A stretch of DNA of 59,394 nucleotides, the filler included. It is 6 parts of 6 records of this genome, joined end to end, with 100 filler letters (N's around TTAATTAATTAA, not from the genome) between each part and the next. Parts side by side here need not be neighbours in the genome. Positions count along the whole stretch, not along the records: positions 24,456 to 43,848 come from SRR31156797_14151; 5 more parts are not named here. One strand, written 5' to 3'. The position numbers and the translations under genes were made by a program. Under the pieces are notes generated by a model. It saw only the letters and a program-made list of their open reading frames with translations. It was not told the DNA's origin and searched no databases. Numbering within the stretch: the first letter of the stretch is position 1; each line of letters opens with the position of its first letter. Shown one piece after another: positions 26,180-36,145 of the stretch.

Positions 26180-26521
26180 TCTCATTATTTCCGGAAATGA
26201 ATGTGGCTTTTGGTTTAATCGTCGGCCCTGTTGCGGCCGTGCAGATTTCATGCTCTGCTTTGAGCCCTTGTAACCAAGGCCCGTGTTTTTGTCAAGAGTG
26301 AAAAAGCCTTTCCTTTCTTGTTGACAAAACATGGATTCTCGGATATTCGGTTGTCTTTGGAAATGCGCTGTATGAAACAGCGTCTGCGGTTATTTGAGCA
26401 AGAATTCAACCAGGGTGCATACCCGTACGGAAGCAGTTCGGCATTGATTCGTACTGTTGGAGCTGTTTCACCTATTGTTTGACGGGATTGTCGCATCCGG
26501 AATTGTCCAAAACCGGAGTAG

Positions 26522-26577
26522 AGCCATGAAGGCATTTTTTTCTGCGGATGAAACCCGCGGCCGTCATGGCTTTTTTT
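26522..26577 (+). promoter_or_regulatory. Leader terminator element, copy 3 (AGCCATGAAGGC...GCCGTCATGGC-U7)
   Basis: 11 of 12 bp paired; lies between TTGACA(26321)-N17-TATTCG and the methyltransferase/NAS operon. Confidence 0.7.
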
Positions 26578-26661
26578 ATTTCAAGGCCGGAATCAGAGGG
26601 CCTCGTCCATGGCTGCCCATTTCTTTTGGAACGAAAAGCGTAAAACCGAGATGGTGTTTAA

Positions 26662-27405
26662 ATGGGACGGAAAAAGGGGTCTATCCAAAAATACTGGGAC
26701 TGGAGAAGCTGCACATATCCATATGATGAGGACAAATCGGAGCGGATTGCCGAAACCTGGGAAAATATTTTGGCCGGTCTGGTGGCGGGCACCCCGGGAA
26801 GACGGGCTATCGACATGGGAACGGGGACGGGCCAATTCGCCATCTATCTGGCGCGGCTGGGCTTTCAGGTCGCCGGCATCGATCTTTCGGAAAAAATGCT
26901 CCGGAAAGCGAGGGAGCATGCTGATGATTACAACCTGGATATCGAATTTCAACGGCAGGATGCTGAAAACCTTCGGTTCAAGGACAATACCTTCGATGTG
27001 GTCGTATCGAGGAACCTTCTGTGGACTCTCCCGAATCCCGGTAAGTCCCTTCGGGAATGGAGACGGATCATGAAACCTGATGGCGCGCTGGTTGTAAGCG
27101 ACGGCATGTGGATGAACTACACTTGGAAACGGGTTCACCATCTTGCGTTCAAGATTGTCAGAGGAATGCTCAATAACGGAAGCATGCTCTCCCTGCGGTT
27201 TTTCCTCGCCTATGCCGGTCTTCAAAAAAACCTCCCTTTTTATGAAGGAATAGGTCTTACCCAAATGCAAACACTTTTTCAAGTCGCCGGGTTCAGGGAA
27301 ATCAAATCACATGACACCACATATTTCGATACAAACCCTTATGGAAAGGATAGATTACAACAAAGAAATGATCTCCCTTTCTTTATTGTTCATGCCAGAA
27401 AATAA
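26662..27405 (+). CDS. Class I SAM-dependent methyltransferase
   Basis: IDMGTGTG, GIDLSEKML, DAENL, FDVVVSRNLLWTLP and MKPDG motifs. Confidence 0.9.
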   Translation: MGRKKGSIQKYWDWRSCTYPYDEDKSERIAETWENILAGLVAGTPGRRAIDMGTGTGQFAIYLARLGFQVAGIDLSEKMLRKAREHADDYNLDIEFQRQDAENLRFKDNTFDVVVSRNLLWTLPNPGKSLREWRRIMKPDGALVVSDGMWMNYTWKRVHHLAFKIVRGMLNNGSMLSLRFFLAYAGLQKNLPFYEGIGLTQMQTLFQVAGFREIKSHDTTYFDTNPYGKDRLQQRNDLPFFIVHARK

Positions 27406-27469
27406 GCATCATCGGCTAACCTCGTTTACAGGTTTTTTGGGAACACCCGTTTTTTCAAGGAGCAGCCCC

Positions 27470-28354
27470 ATGCATGATATCAACTATTTTCACGAGCACG
27501 AACTCAAAGATCATGATTTTCTGGGCTGTTGCAAGGACTGCCGCGCCAGTCTGAACATCATCAAACCCCACATTCTGGCATTTGCCGAGAAAATCCGAAA
27601 ATATACGCGTCGAATGCTGGAGGACCTCCCGCCCGACGACCTCTACCGCCTGTATCAGCTGTTGGACGATCTGGCCCACATGGATGCGGGGGCGCACCTG
27701 GCGGCCCTGATCCTGAAGGAAGAAGAGATCAAATCCGTGCTGCCGGTCATACGGACCTATTATGCCGCATTCTTCTCCATTCATGAGGAACGCTTGGCAA
27801 AGGCCGTGGCCGCCGCCGGCGATCCCTGGGAAAGCCTTTCGAAATTCCCCCTTTATCCACGGTATGAAACACTGATCAAAAACCAGATGGCAGCCATGCC
27901 CAGCCCTTTCCCCAACAAGCTGGCCTTCATCGGATGCGGTCCCGTTCCCATGAGCCTCATCCTCATGAACCGCCTATTCGGGATACGATCCCTGGGGTTT
28001 GAAACCTCCCGGGAAAGCGTTCGATCGGCAAGGGCCGTAATTCAAGCCCTGGGACTGGAAAGCCATATCGAGATCATTCACGGGGATGACCTCATGCTCA
28101 AGGGTGTGGGCTGTGATGCGGTCCTGGTGGCGGCACTGGCGGAACCCAAAGAGCGGATATTTCGAAACCTGAGGAAAATCCTGTCTGCAAAAAGCAACCA
28201 TGTCCCGGTTATTTACAGGACTTACACCGGCATGCGGGCCGTTTTGTATGAACCGGTCAGCGAATCGGATGTCAAAGGATTCAGGATTGTTCAAAAGATC
28301 TTTCCCACCGGCCGGGTCAACAACACCACCATCTTTGCCGAACTGGAGAATTGA
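27470..28354 (+). CDS. Nicotianamine synthase-like protein 1
   Basis: FPLYPRY, FIGCGPVPMS, VLVAALAEPK, YRTYTGMRAVLY and VNNT motifs; AAGGAG RBS before ATG 27470. Confidence 0.85.
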   Translation: MHDINYFHEHELKDHDFLGCCKDCRASLNIIKPHILAFAEKIRKYTRRMLEDLPPDDLYRLYQLLDDLAHMDAGAHLAALILKEEEIKSVLPVIRTYYAAFFSIHEERLAKAVAAAGDPWESLSKFPLYPRYETLIKNQMAAMPSPFPNKLAFIGCGPVPMSLILMNRLFGIRSLGFETSRESVRSARAVIQALGLESHIEIIHGDDLMLKGVGCDAVLVAALAEPKERIFRNLRKILSAKSNHVPVIYRTYTGMRAVLYEPVSESDVKGFRIVQKIFPTGRVNNTTIFAELEN

Positions 28355-29166
28355 TGGATACGACCTTTTCCACCATAAAAAATGAATTTCTCGGAATCGA
28401 TGCTTTGCTGAAGGATCTGACCCGGAATGAAATCGAGAAGGCGCCCGAGAGTATTTATCATACCCATCTGGCGGGACTCAACCGGCTGGCGGCAACCCCC
28501 GTGTCGGAGAAGGTCCTTGGAAGATTGATCTCCGACGAAACCTTGTCCCCGGCCATTGCGCGCATCTCCCGCCTCAAAAGGTTTATCGGGCTGAATATGG
28601 AAATCCAAGCCGCCCAATCCGTTGTTGCCGATTCCGATCCTTGGGCCAGAATCGAGCAATTCCCCTATTTTCCCAATTACGTGGCCCTGGCCCGCATGGA
28701 ATACGGGGGCGCCGGGCTTCGGCCCGAAGACCGGGTGGTTTTCCTGGGAAGCGGCCCCCTTCCCCTCAGTCTGGTCTGCCTTTCAAAGGGATACGGCGTT
28801 CAGGGCGTGGGAATTGAACGGGACGAACGGATGGCGGCCCTTTCAAGGGCGCTCATTGGTAAACTGGGGCTGGACCATGGCATTTCCGTGGTCCATGGAA
28901 ACCACTTCGACCTGCCCCTGAAAGGGCCCTGCAACCTCATTATGGTGGGGGCCGACGCTTCCCCCAAAGGCGCCATTTTCGCCCATTTGGCAACGGTGCT
29001 TGCATCCGGGCAAATGATTTCCTATCGGATCTATGAGAAGGGCTTGAGACGTCTTCTGGACGACCAGTCCATGTTTCAGCCGCCGCCGGAATTCGTGGAA
29101 CGGGCCCGCGTCCGTCCAACGCCCCCCGTGAACAACACCACGGTATTTGCGGTTAAAGCCGGTTAG
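28354..29166 (+). CDS. Nicotianamine synthase-like protein 2
   Basis: FPYFPNYVALARME, FLGSGPLPLS, YRIYEKGLRRLL and VNNT motifs; TGATG overlap. Confidence 0.85.
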   Translation: MDTTFSTIKNEFLGIDALLKDLTRNEIEKAPESIYHTHLAGLNRLAATPVSEKVLGRLISDETLSPAIARISRLKRFIGLNMEIQAAQSVVADSDPWARIEQFPYFPNYVALARMEYGGAGLRPEDRVVFLGSGPLPLSLVCLSKGYGVQGVGIERDERMAALSRALIGKLGLDHGISVVHGNHFDLPLKGPCNLIMVGADASPKGAIFAHLATVLASGQMISYRIYEKGLRRLLDDQSMFQPPPEFVERARVRPTPPVNNTTVFAVKAG

Positions 29167-29377
29167 GCGGGTTACATTTTTTGCCCTTTTGTGGACATCT
29201 TTTGTCCCCAGTTGCCCATCAGATAAATTTGAATGAAAGCAAAACATTGAAATAATTAAAAATTCCTTTCCCCAACCGGTTGCATGGTTTTTGCAACGTC
29301 AAAAGTAATTCCGGAAGCTGAAATTCGTGTTCGCCGTAACGCTCAAAAACATCTCTAAGGGATAGATGGGGGTATTC

Positions 29378-32020
29378 ATGAAAAACCGTCAAGACAATAT
29401 TCAGACCTTCACGGTTCGCACTATCCTGACTTGCTGCTTCTGTCTTCTGTTGCCCTCTCTTTCGGGTGCCGCTACCTTTCATGTACGATTGGACGGCGGC
29501 ACGTACCATCAATGTAATGGAACGGCCGATGCGCCGTATCCGGGGGAAGGCACGGGGAAAACCTGTGCCTGGTCGCACCCTTTCCAGGCATTGGATGACC
29601 GGGGAAACTGGCGTATCAAGGGGGGCGATTCGCTGATCATCCATTCGGGGCGTTACCGAATGGGCTTTGGCGCACCCAATACCGGATGGTGTGAAGCCGC
29701 AGGGTCCTATGATTGCCATCTCCCCCCCTTGCCGTCAGGGCCTGATGCTCAGCATCCCACGCGCATTCTGGGGAGTACCTGGGACCGGGGTTGTACGGAT
29801 CCCCCCCAATTATGGGGTTCCGAAAGAGCGTGGCAGATCATCAGCCTGGACGGGACGGACAACGCAATTGTCAGCTGCCTCGAGCTGACCGACCACTCCG
29901 GTTGCGTGGAACACCACTCCAATACCCAGGTAAAGTGCCAAAGAGACACACCACCCTATGGAGATTGGGCCGGTGCGGGTATTCATGCATCGGATTCATC
30001 CCATGTGTCGTTGAGCAACCTGAACATTCACGGCATGGCGGATCGGGGCATATATGCCGGGCGTATTTCGGATTGGCGCGTGGATAATGTTCGGATCGCC
30101 GGAAATGGATGGGCCGGTTGGGATGGGGATATACCGGGGGATGATGCCAATACCGGCAATATACATTTCAGGAACTGGCTTGTGGAATGGAACGGTTGTG
30201 CGGAAAGCTACCCCGAGGGGCTGCCCAACAACTGCTGGGCACAGACCGCCGGGGGGTACGGCGACGGGGTCGGCACCGGGTCCACCGGAGGAGACTGGAT
30301 CATCGAGGATTCCATTTTTCGGTACAATACTTCCGACGGGCTTGACCTGCTTTATGCCCGCTTTGACTCCCGCATCCACATGAAACGGGTCCGGGCTTAC
30401 GGAAATGCGGGGAACCAGATCAAGGTCAATGGGCCCACCGCCATTGAAAACGCACTTTTGATCGGCAACTGCGGCTATTTTCAGGGAAAAGATTTCACTT
30501 ATCATGTGGATCCCTGCCGCGCCGGAGGCGCTGCCGTCTCCCTCAATATGAGGCGTGGAAACAGCGTTTCACTGATTAATTCAACTATTTCCGGGGAAGG
30601 GGATTGTCTCGGAACCATTGAATGCTCGGACTCCATGGGATGTGATGGATCCGAATCGGTCATCATTCAAAACAACATATTCAGAGGAAACAAGGAATTT
30701 CTCTCCCCAACGGACATCACCTGCTATCTTTGGTGGGATCAAGAGGGTTTTTACGACGCACAAATCGATTACAATGTGGTTTTCGGCGCAAAAATCGGTA
30801 CTTTCGGGCTGTCAGATAATGATATCAACAAGGACCCGCTCTTCATGGATGCGGATTTGAGCACTTTTAAGGGTCGTCTCCGCAAAAATTCCCCGGCCCT
30901 CAAAAGCGGACTCCCCGCAGGCGGGCTGAATGGTTTGGTGCCCACCGAAGACCTGGTAAATACTCCGAGACCCATGGGGAGTGCCGTGGATCGCGGTGCC
31001 TATGAAAAAAGGGTCGGGCCCCTTATCATCGATCACACCTGTACGGACATTTCCCAAATCCCCTCCTACTGGATTGAACAGGCCAAACAATCGACCCTGC
31101 ATTACGCCCATACCTCCCATGGCGGGCAGATCTGCCAGGGTGCTGAAAATCTTGAAGGGTTCGATGCAACCTATGGCTTTACAAGGCGCATCAGCGGCAC
31201 CGAAGGGCTTCCCCCGTCGGAAACCCCACCGGCCCTCCGCATCTACGACGGCAACCCGCCCCATACCTACATCACTCCGGAACGTTACTGGGATTCCGAC
31301 GACGGAAGGGAGAGCACCCGATCCGTTGCCCATACGGGACATTACGACTTTTCCATGTGGGCATGGTGCGGCCAGGTCTCCGGCGCCACACAGGCCTACA
31401 TTCAGCGCTATCTGGATACCATGGACCGGTTCGAGACGGAATACCCCGGTATGGGCTTTATCCATATGACCGGCCATCTGGACGGGAGCGGTTCAACGGG
31501 AACGCTGCATCAACGAAACGAACAGATCCGGGCCTACTGCCGGGCCAACAATAAAATCCTTTTCGATTTCGCCGATATTGAGCGTTATAACCCGGACGGT
31601 ACGGATTTCCTGGATCTTTCCGCGGACGATGAATGTAACCATGAGCATGGAAACTGGGCCGATGAGTGGTGTGCAAAAAACCCGGACTCCCCCTTGTGCA
31701 GGGCGTGCAGCTGCAATCATTCGAAACCCCTCAACTGCAACCTGAAGGCAAGGGCCTTTTGGTGGATGATGGCGCGCCTGGCGGGGTGGACCCCCTCCCC
31801 CGCCCCATGTCCCGATTTTCCCGGCCCTTCGCCGGTCATCCGGGATGTGGATTTTCCCGGGCAAGCCCATTGCACCTATTCGGATAGCATTTCCATTACC
31901 ATCGGTCCCAATGTCCATATCCCGTCGGATGCCACGGCTATTTTCCAAGCGCCCATCATCATCATAAAGAGCCCCTTTCACCCGGAGAAAGGGGCGACCG
32001 TTCGATTTGTGGCGAAATAG
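29378..32020 (+). CDS. Secreted Cys-rich multidomain protein: parallel beta-helix, choice-of-anchor-Q-like segment, second alpha/beta domain, short C-terminal beta domain
   Basis: Signal peptide; Asn/Gly-rich coils (FRYNTSDGLDLLY, GNAGNQIK); DPLF...SPA...DRGAYE; IIDHTCTD..YAHTSHGGQ. Confidence 0.7.
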   Translation: MKNRQDNIQTFTVRTILTCCFCLLLPSLSGAATFHVRLDGGTYHQCNGTADAPYPGEGTGKTCAWSHPFQALDDRGNWRIKGGDSLIIHSGRYRMGFGAPNTGWCEAAGSYDCHLPPLPSGPDAQHPTRILGSTWDRGCTDPPQLWGSERAWQIISLDGTDNAIVSCLELTDHSGCVEHHSNTQVKCQRDTPPYGDWAGAGIHASDSSHVSLSNLNIHGMADRGIYAGRISDWRVDNVRIAGNGWAGWDGDIPGDDANTGNIHFRNWLVEWNGCAESYPEGLPNNCWAQTAGGYGDGVGTGSTGGDWIIEDSIFRYNTSDGLDLLYARFDSRIHMKRVRAYGNAGNQIKVNGPTAIENALLIGNCGYFQGKDFTYHVDPCRAGGAAVSLNMRRGNSVSLINSTISGEGDCLGTIECSDSMGCDGSESVIIQNNIFRGNKEFLSPTDITCYLWWDQEGFYDAQIDYNVVFGAKIGTFGLSDNDINKDPLFMDADLSTFKGRLRKNSPALKSGLPAGGLNGLVPTEDLVNTPRPMGSAVDRGAYEKRVGPLIIDHTCTDISQIPSYWIEQAKQSTLHYAHTSHGGQICQGAENLEGFDATYGFTRRISGTEGLPPSETPPALRIYDGNPPHTYITPERYWDSDDGRESTRSVAHTGHYDFSMWAWCGQVSGATQAYIQRYLDTMDRFETEYPGMGFIHMTGHLDGSGSTGTLHQRNEQIRAYCRANNKILFDFADIERYNPDGTDFLDLSADDECNHEHGNWADEWCAKNPDSPLCRACSCNHSKPLNCNLKARAFWWMMARLAGWTPSPAPCPDFPGPSPVIRDVDFPGQAHCTYSDSISITIGPNVHIPSDATAIFQAPIIIIKSPFHPEKGATVRFVAK

Positions 32021-32239
32021 TCCGTTTCAGATGAATCGCCCATGCCGCCACCCCTTTTCCCAACGCGTGAAAGCCGTTTCCAGGGGGATAAATTTCAAAA
32101 CAAGAATTACCGGAATCCGTATTTCAAGCTTGACACCCTGCTCGGCGCTGTTGTATAGATCGCGCCAGCATAATGCGTAATACGAAATTGCGCAGTACAA
32201 ACAGAGCAGAACCTTAATATAGACATATTTGTAATTTTA

Positions 32240-32294
32240 AAGCCAGGAAGGCTTATCCGGAATGAATTTCGGAAGGCTTCCCGGCTTTTTTTTT
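32240..32294 (+). promoter_or_regulatory. Leader terminator element, copy 4 (AAGCCAGGAAGGCTT...AGGCTTCCCGGC-U9)
   Basis: Lies between TTGACA(32130)-N18-TATAGA and the TonB receptor start. Confidence 0.7.
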
Positions 32295-32378
32295 GGCTGA
32301 ACACTACCTGAAAACCAAAACCGTCCGGCAGTAGCGGGCACCGGGTATCTATTGTGAGGTCAAGGAGGAGAGAGAACA

Positions 32379-34427
32379 ATGAAGAATGTGAAATACCTGA
32401 TATTATGTTTATTGATCGGCAACCTGCTTTTTTTTTCACCGGCCTGGGGAGATGAAACCTCGGATGGGGAAACAATCTCCGGAAAGATGGACACCGAAAA
32501 GTCAAAACCGGTGCAAATGGATGAAATAGTGGTTACCGCCACCAAGTATGAATCCTCCACCAGGGACATACCGTCAAACGTGACGGTGGTCACGGGGGAA
32601 GAGATCCGGGCACAATATCTGCCGGACAACGACATCGGGGACGCCTTGCGCAACATATCGGGCCTCACCACCCGCCGCGCCTATGCGCCCTTTCCCGCCT
32701 ACATCAACATTCGCGGGGTGGGGAACAAGGGGACGGTTATCCTGGTAAACGGCATCCCCACCAACTGGGAAATCACCCAGGCCATTCCCCCCGGGAACAT
32801 CGAGCGGGTGGAGATCGTGAGAGGACCCGCATCGGCCCTTTACGGGGCCAATGCCAGCGGCGGGGTGATCAACATCATTACCAAGGAAGGGGGAGAAGGG
32901 ATTAACGGCAGCGTCAGCGGGGGGTACGGCACTTTCAATACCTGGCGGGTCCGGGCCGCAACCGACGGCACCGTGGATAAATTTCATTATTCCTTTGCCG
33001 GTTACAAGGATAAATCCGACGGAACCAATGTGGTCAAGAACACGGTGTTGCCCAGCGTCACCATGATCGGGGACTGTTCCTATGACAAATGGGCAGGGTC
33101 GCTCACCGCCGCCTACGACGTGAACGAAAAAGGGAAAATCTCCTTTCTTTTCAATTATTTTAAGGACGAATACACACGGGGCCGACCCAATGTGGGAGGG
33201 GACTGGGACCGTTATTTTACCAGCCTGATTTACGACCAGGCTTTTGGAGATATGTTTCTGTTCAAGGGGTATGTGGGGTTTCGGTATGATGATCTGCTCC
33301 ACCGTTACGACAAGGGGAATCAGAATTACGAACTCAGACAGACCCGGAATACCGATTATCGGGAAATCCCCATGGAGCTTCAATTGACGGCCCACCTGGG
33401 CTTTGGCAATGCGCTCACGGGCGGTTTTTTTTACAATTACCAGGATACGGATCAGGATTATCACAATCCCGCGGGCGCTTTGATCAGCCACAACCGCTAC
33501 AAGGTACGCACCGTGGCCGGGTACCTTCAGGACGTCTGGAAACCCATGGAAAAACTGGCCATCACGGCGGGCCTCCGTTACGACAACTGGCGAAATTACG
33601 ACAATACCTTTACGAAATACGTGGATGAACATCCGGGAGATCGAACCGACGACAACTGGAGCCCTAAAATCGGCGCCAAATACAACTTCACGGACCGCCT
33701 GGGCCTGTGGGCCAATTATGCGGTGGGATTTAACCCCCCGACCCCCGAGCAGCTCTACGACGACCGGACCAGCGGTGGAAATCCGCGGGAACCGAACCCG
33801 AACCTGCAACCGGAAACCACCCGAAGCTGGGAGCTGGGGGTTGAGAACTGGTTTACGGACAGTCTCAGCGCCAAGATGGTGGGATTTTACAACTATACGG
33901 ACGACAAGATTATTTCCTGGTTCAATGACGAGAATATCTGGATTAACAAAAACATCGGCCGAAGCAAATCTTACGGTGTGGAACTGGATATGTTTTTTCA
34001 GCCCACGGAAAACTGGATCGTCAATGCCAACTATACCTGGAACCCGGCTAAAATCGACAGCAATCCGTCAAACCCCGGGCAGGAAGGGAACGAACTCCCC
34101 TTTTCACCCAAGCACAAGGCCAACCTGAGCGTTACCTACCAGTGGGTCAGAAATTTTGAACTGAGCGGTTTTTTTCGATACCTGAGCAAACAGCAGACCA
34201 ACGAAGCCAATACGGAATATACCAAAGGGGGCGAAGCGCGTTACATGCCGTCCTCTTTTGTGGTGGATTTCAAGGGCGTCAAGCATTTTCCCGTGGCGTG
34301 GGGGGCGCTTAAAAATATCGATGTGGCCCTGGCCGTGGACAATGTTTTTAACGCCAATTACCGGACCTTATACATCTATGAAGATCCGGGACGGACCTTT
34401 TTCGGGGAAGTCAAGTTTTTCTTTTAA
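32379..34427 (+). CDS. TonB-dependent receptor
   Basis: TonB box DEIVVTA; IERVEIVRGPASALYG..GGVINIITK; NPNLQPE; terminal Phe; AGGAGG RBS. Confidence 0.95.
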   Translation: MKNVKYLILCLLIGNLLFFSPAWGDETSDGETISGKMDTEKSKPVQMDEIVVTATKYESSTRDIPSNVTVVTGEEIRAQYLPDNDIGDALRNISGLTTRRAYAPFPAYINIRGVGNKGTVILVNGIPTNWEITQAIPPGNIERVEIVRGPASALYGANASGGVINIITKEGGEGINGSVSGGYGTFNTWRVRAATDGTVDKFHYSFAGYKDKSDGTNVVKNTVLPSVTMIGDCSYDKWAGSLTAAYDVNEKGKISFLFNYFKDEYTRGRPNVGGDWDRYFTSLIYDQAFGDMFLFKGYVGFRYDDLLHRYDKGNQNYELRQTRNTDYREIPMELQLTAHLGFGNALTGGFFYNYQDTDQDYHNPAGALISHNRYKVRTVAGYLQDVWKPMEKLAITAGLRYDNWRNYDNTFTKYVDEHPGDRTDDNWSPKIGAKYNFTDRLGLWANYAVGFNPPTPEQLYDDRTSGGNPREPNPNLQPETTRSWELGVENWFTDSLSAKMVGFYNYTDDKIISWFNDENIWINKNIGRSKSYGVELDMFFQPTENWIVNANYTWNPAKIDSNPSNPGQEGNELPFSPKHKANLSVTYQWVRNFELSGFFRYLSKQQTNEANTEYTKGGEARYMPSSFVVDFKGVKHFPVAWGALKNIDVALAVDNVFNANYRTLYIYEDPGRTFFGEVKFFF

Positions 34428-34435
34428 CGGCTGCC

Positions 34436-36142
34436 ATGTCCATTCATCTCCACAAACGCACCCGGCCCGGCCGGGAGAAGGGTGCGGATCGGGTCCGCCC
34501 CAACAAGGGATGCGGCTTTCTTAAGGGATCTTTGCTGCTGATGTTGTTTTTGCTCATGGCCCCGGGGTGTTCAAAGGAGACCGAATCGAAAACACCCCCC
34601 CCTTCGGAACAGGTACTTCGAATCGGAACCGCCATGAAAATCAAACAGGCCAATCCGGTGGCGGATTATTATTACAATATCCTGGCCATGGTCATGACCC
34701 ATGATTCCCTGGTGCGGTTTGATGAAAAACTGAATCCGATTCCCCAACTGGCCCGAAAATTCGCATCCGATGAGTCTGCCAAAATCTGGACCTTTGAGCT
34801 GACCCCGGATGCCAAGTGGCATGATGGACGGCCGGTAACGGCCGACGATGTGGTCTTTACGTTTCGATACATGGCCCGAAACCATGGATCGGGAGCCTGG
34901 GTGGGCCATCTCATCGAAAATATTGAAGCCCGGGAAAATTGCGTCATTTTCCGGCTGAAAAGACCGTGCAGCAGATTTCTGCTGAATGCCGGTTTCGTGG
35001 TCCGGATTCTGCCGCGCCATATCTGGGAAAATATTTCCCATCCACGCCGGACCAAGGATACGGCTGTCACCGTGGGATGCGGCCCCTACCGGTTTGCGGG
35101 TTTTGACCGTAGCGCGGGGACCATCCGTTTCCATGTCAATGCCGACTACCACGGTTTTGTCCCCCAAGCGGACCGGGTCGATTTTTGCACCTACGGGACC
35201 ATGGATCTGCTGGCCCTGGCCCTGATCAAGGGGAGGGTGGATCTTTACTACCAGTACGCTTCCGGCTTGCCGGTTCCTTATGTGGATAAGCTCAAGGCCG
35301 AACCGGGTCTGGATTGCATGGAAGCGGCATCCATGGGAATTCCGGCGGTGCTGGGTTTCAACCTTTCCCGTCCATTGGTAAAATCCATCAAAGTCCGTCG
35401 GGCCGTTGCCCTGGCCGTGGATTATGCCCATATGAACAACTGTCTCATGAAAGGGAAAGGAAGGATTCCTTCCCCGGGACTGGTACCGCCGTCCTTTCCG
35501 GTTCATATGCATATGGCGCCATGGGTTCAAGATCTTGATCAAAGCCGCTCTCTTCTGGAATCCGAAGGGTGGGTGGATACAAACGGGGACGGTCTTTTGA
35601 ACACGCCCCAAGGCGAAAACGTCCAACTGACCCTTCTGGTTCGATCCGATTTATGGGGAGAAGCACAGATGGTAAAGCTGCTGGCCCGTGATTTTGAACG
35701 GGTGGGCATCGGACTGAAAGTTCGATCGGCGGATCTCTCCACCTATCTGGCATTTTTAAAGGGAGGAGACTACGACCTGGTGCTCTTTCGCACCACCCCC
35801 TGGGGCATGGTGATGCATGCGGGGTATGGCAGCGGATATTTTGACGCGAAAACATCCGGGCATCTCAACATGTGCCGTCTGAAGGATCCCGGATTTTCAA
35901 CCCTGTGCGACCGAATCTTGAGCACTCGCGATCCCCGAACCTTGAAAACCCTTTACACGAAACTGCAAAAATATTATGCGGAACACCTCCCCGCCGTGGC
36001 CCTGTGCTGGGGCCGAAGCTTCTTCCCTTACTCGGGAAAATGGCAAGGGTTTCAGATCAACCCCCTTGAAGGGGGGTTGGCAAACCGATTTTCCTGGCGG
36101 AGACTCAAGCTTTTAAATAGGGTTAAACCGGAGGGACCTTAG
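34436..36142 (+). CDS. Family 5 ABC substrate-binding lipoprotein (Nik/Opp/Cnt type)
   Basis: Lipobox APGC; WHDGRPVTADDVVFT and GCGPY motifs. Confidence 0.9.
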   Translation: MSIHLHKRTRPGREKGADRVRPNKGCGFLKGSLLLMLFLLMAPGCSKETESKTPPPSEQVLRIGTAMKIKQANPVADYYYNILAMVMTHDSLVRFDEKLNPIPQLARKFASDESAKIWTFELTPDAKWHDGRPVTADDVVFTFRYMARNHGSGAWVGHLIENIEARENCVIFRLKRPCSRFLLNAGFVVRILPRHIWENISHPRRTKDTAVTVGCGPYRFAGFDRSAGTIRFHVNADYHGFVPQADRVDFCTYGTMDLLALALIKGRVDLYYQYASGLPVPYVDKLKAEPGLDCMEAASMGIPAVLGFNLSRPLVKSIKVRRAVALAVDYAHMNNCLMKGKGRIPSPGLVPPSFPVHMHMAPWVQDLDQSRSLLESEGWVDTNGDGLLNTPQGENVQLTLLVRSDLWGEAQMVKLLARDFERVGIGLKVRSADLSTYLAFLKGGDYDLVLFRTTPWGMVMHAGYGSGYFDAKTSGHLNMCRLKDPGFSTLCDRILSTRDPRTLKTLYTKLQKYYAEHLPAVALCWGRSFFPYSGKWQGFQINPLEGGLANRFSWRRLKLLNRVKPEGP

Positions 36143-36145
36143 AGA

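Noticed and set aside
26105-26332. Leader peptide reading S/R-H-E-G across the repeated element, or an N-terminal extension of the flavin reductase
   Set aside because: In copies 3 and 4 that frame has a stop immediately before the motif, and the variable base co-varies with the 3' arm, which favours RNA structure. The RBS supports a start at 26104.
26350-26577. Cobalamin or NiCo riboswitch in the long leader
   Set aside because: No B12-box or four-way-junction consensus was recognisable by eye; an Rfam scan is still needed.
32574-35626. Long antisense ORFs over the TonB receptor and binding-protein genes
   Set aside because: Expected shadow frames in GC-rich coding DNA; no motifs or RBS. 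The same applies to 54225-55220.
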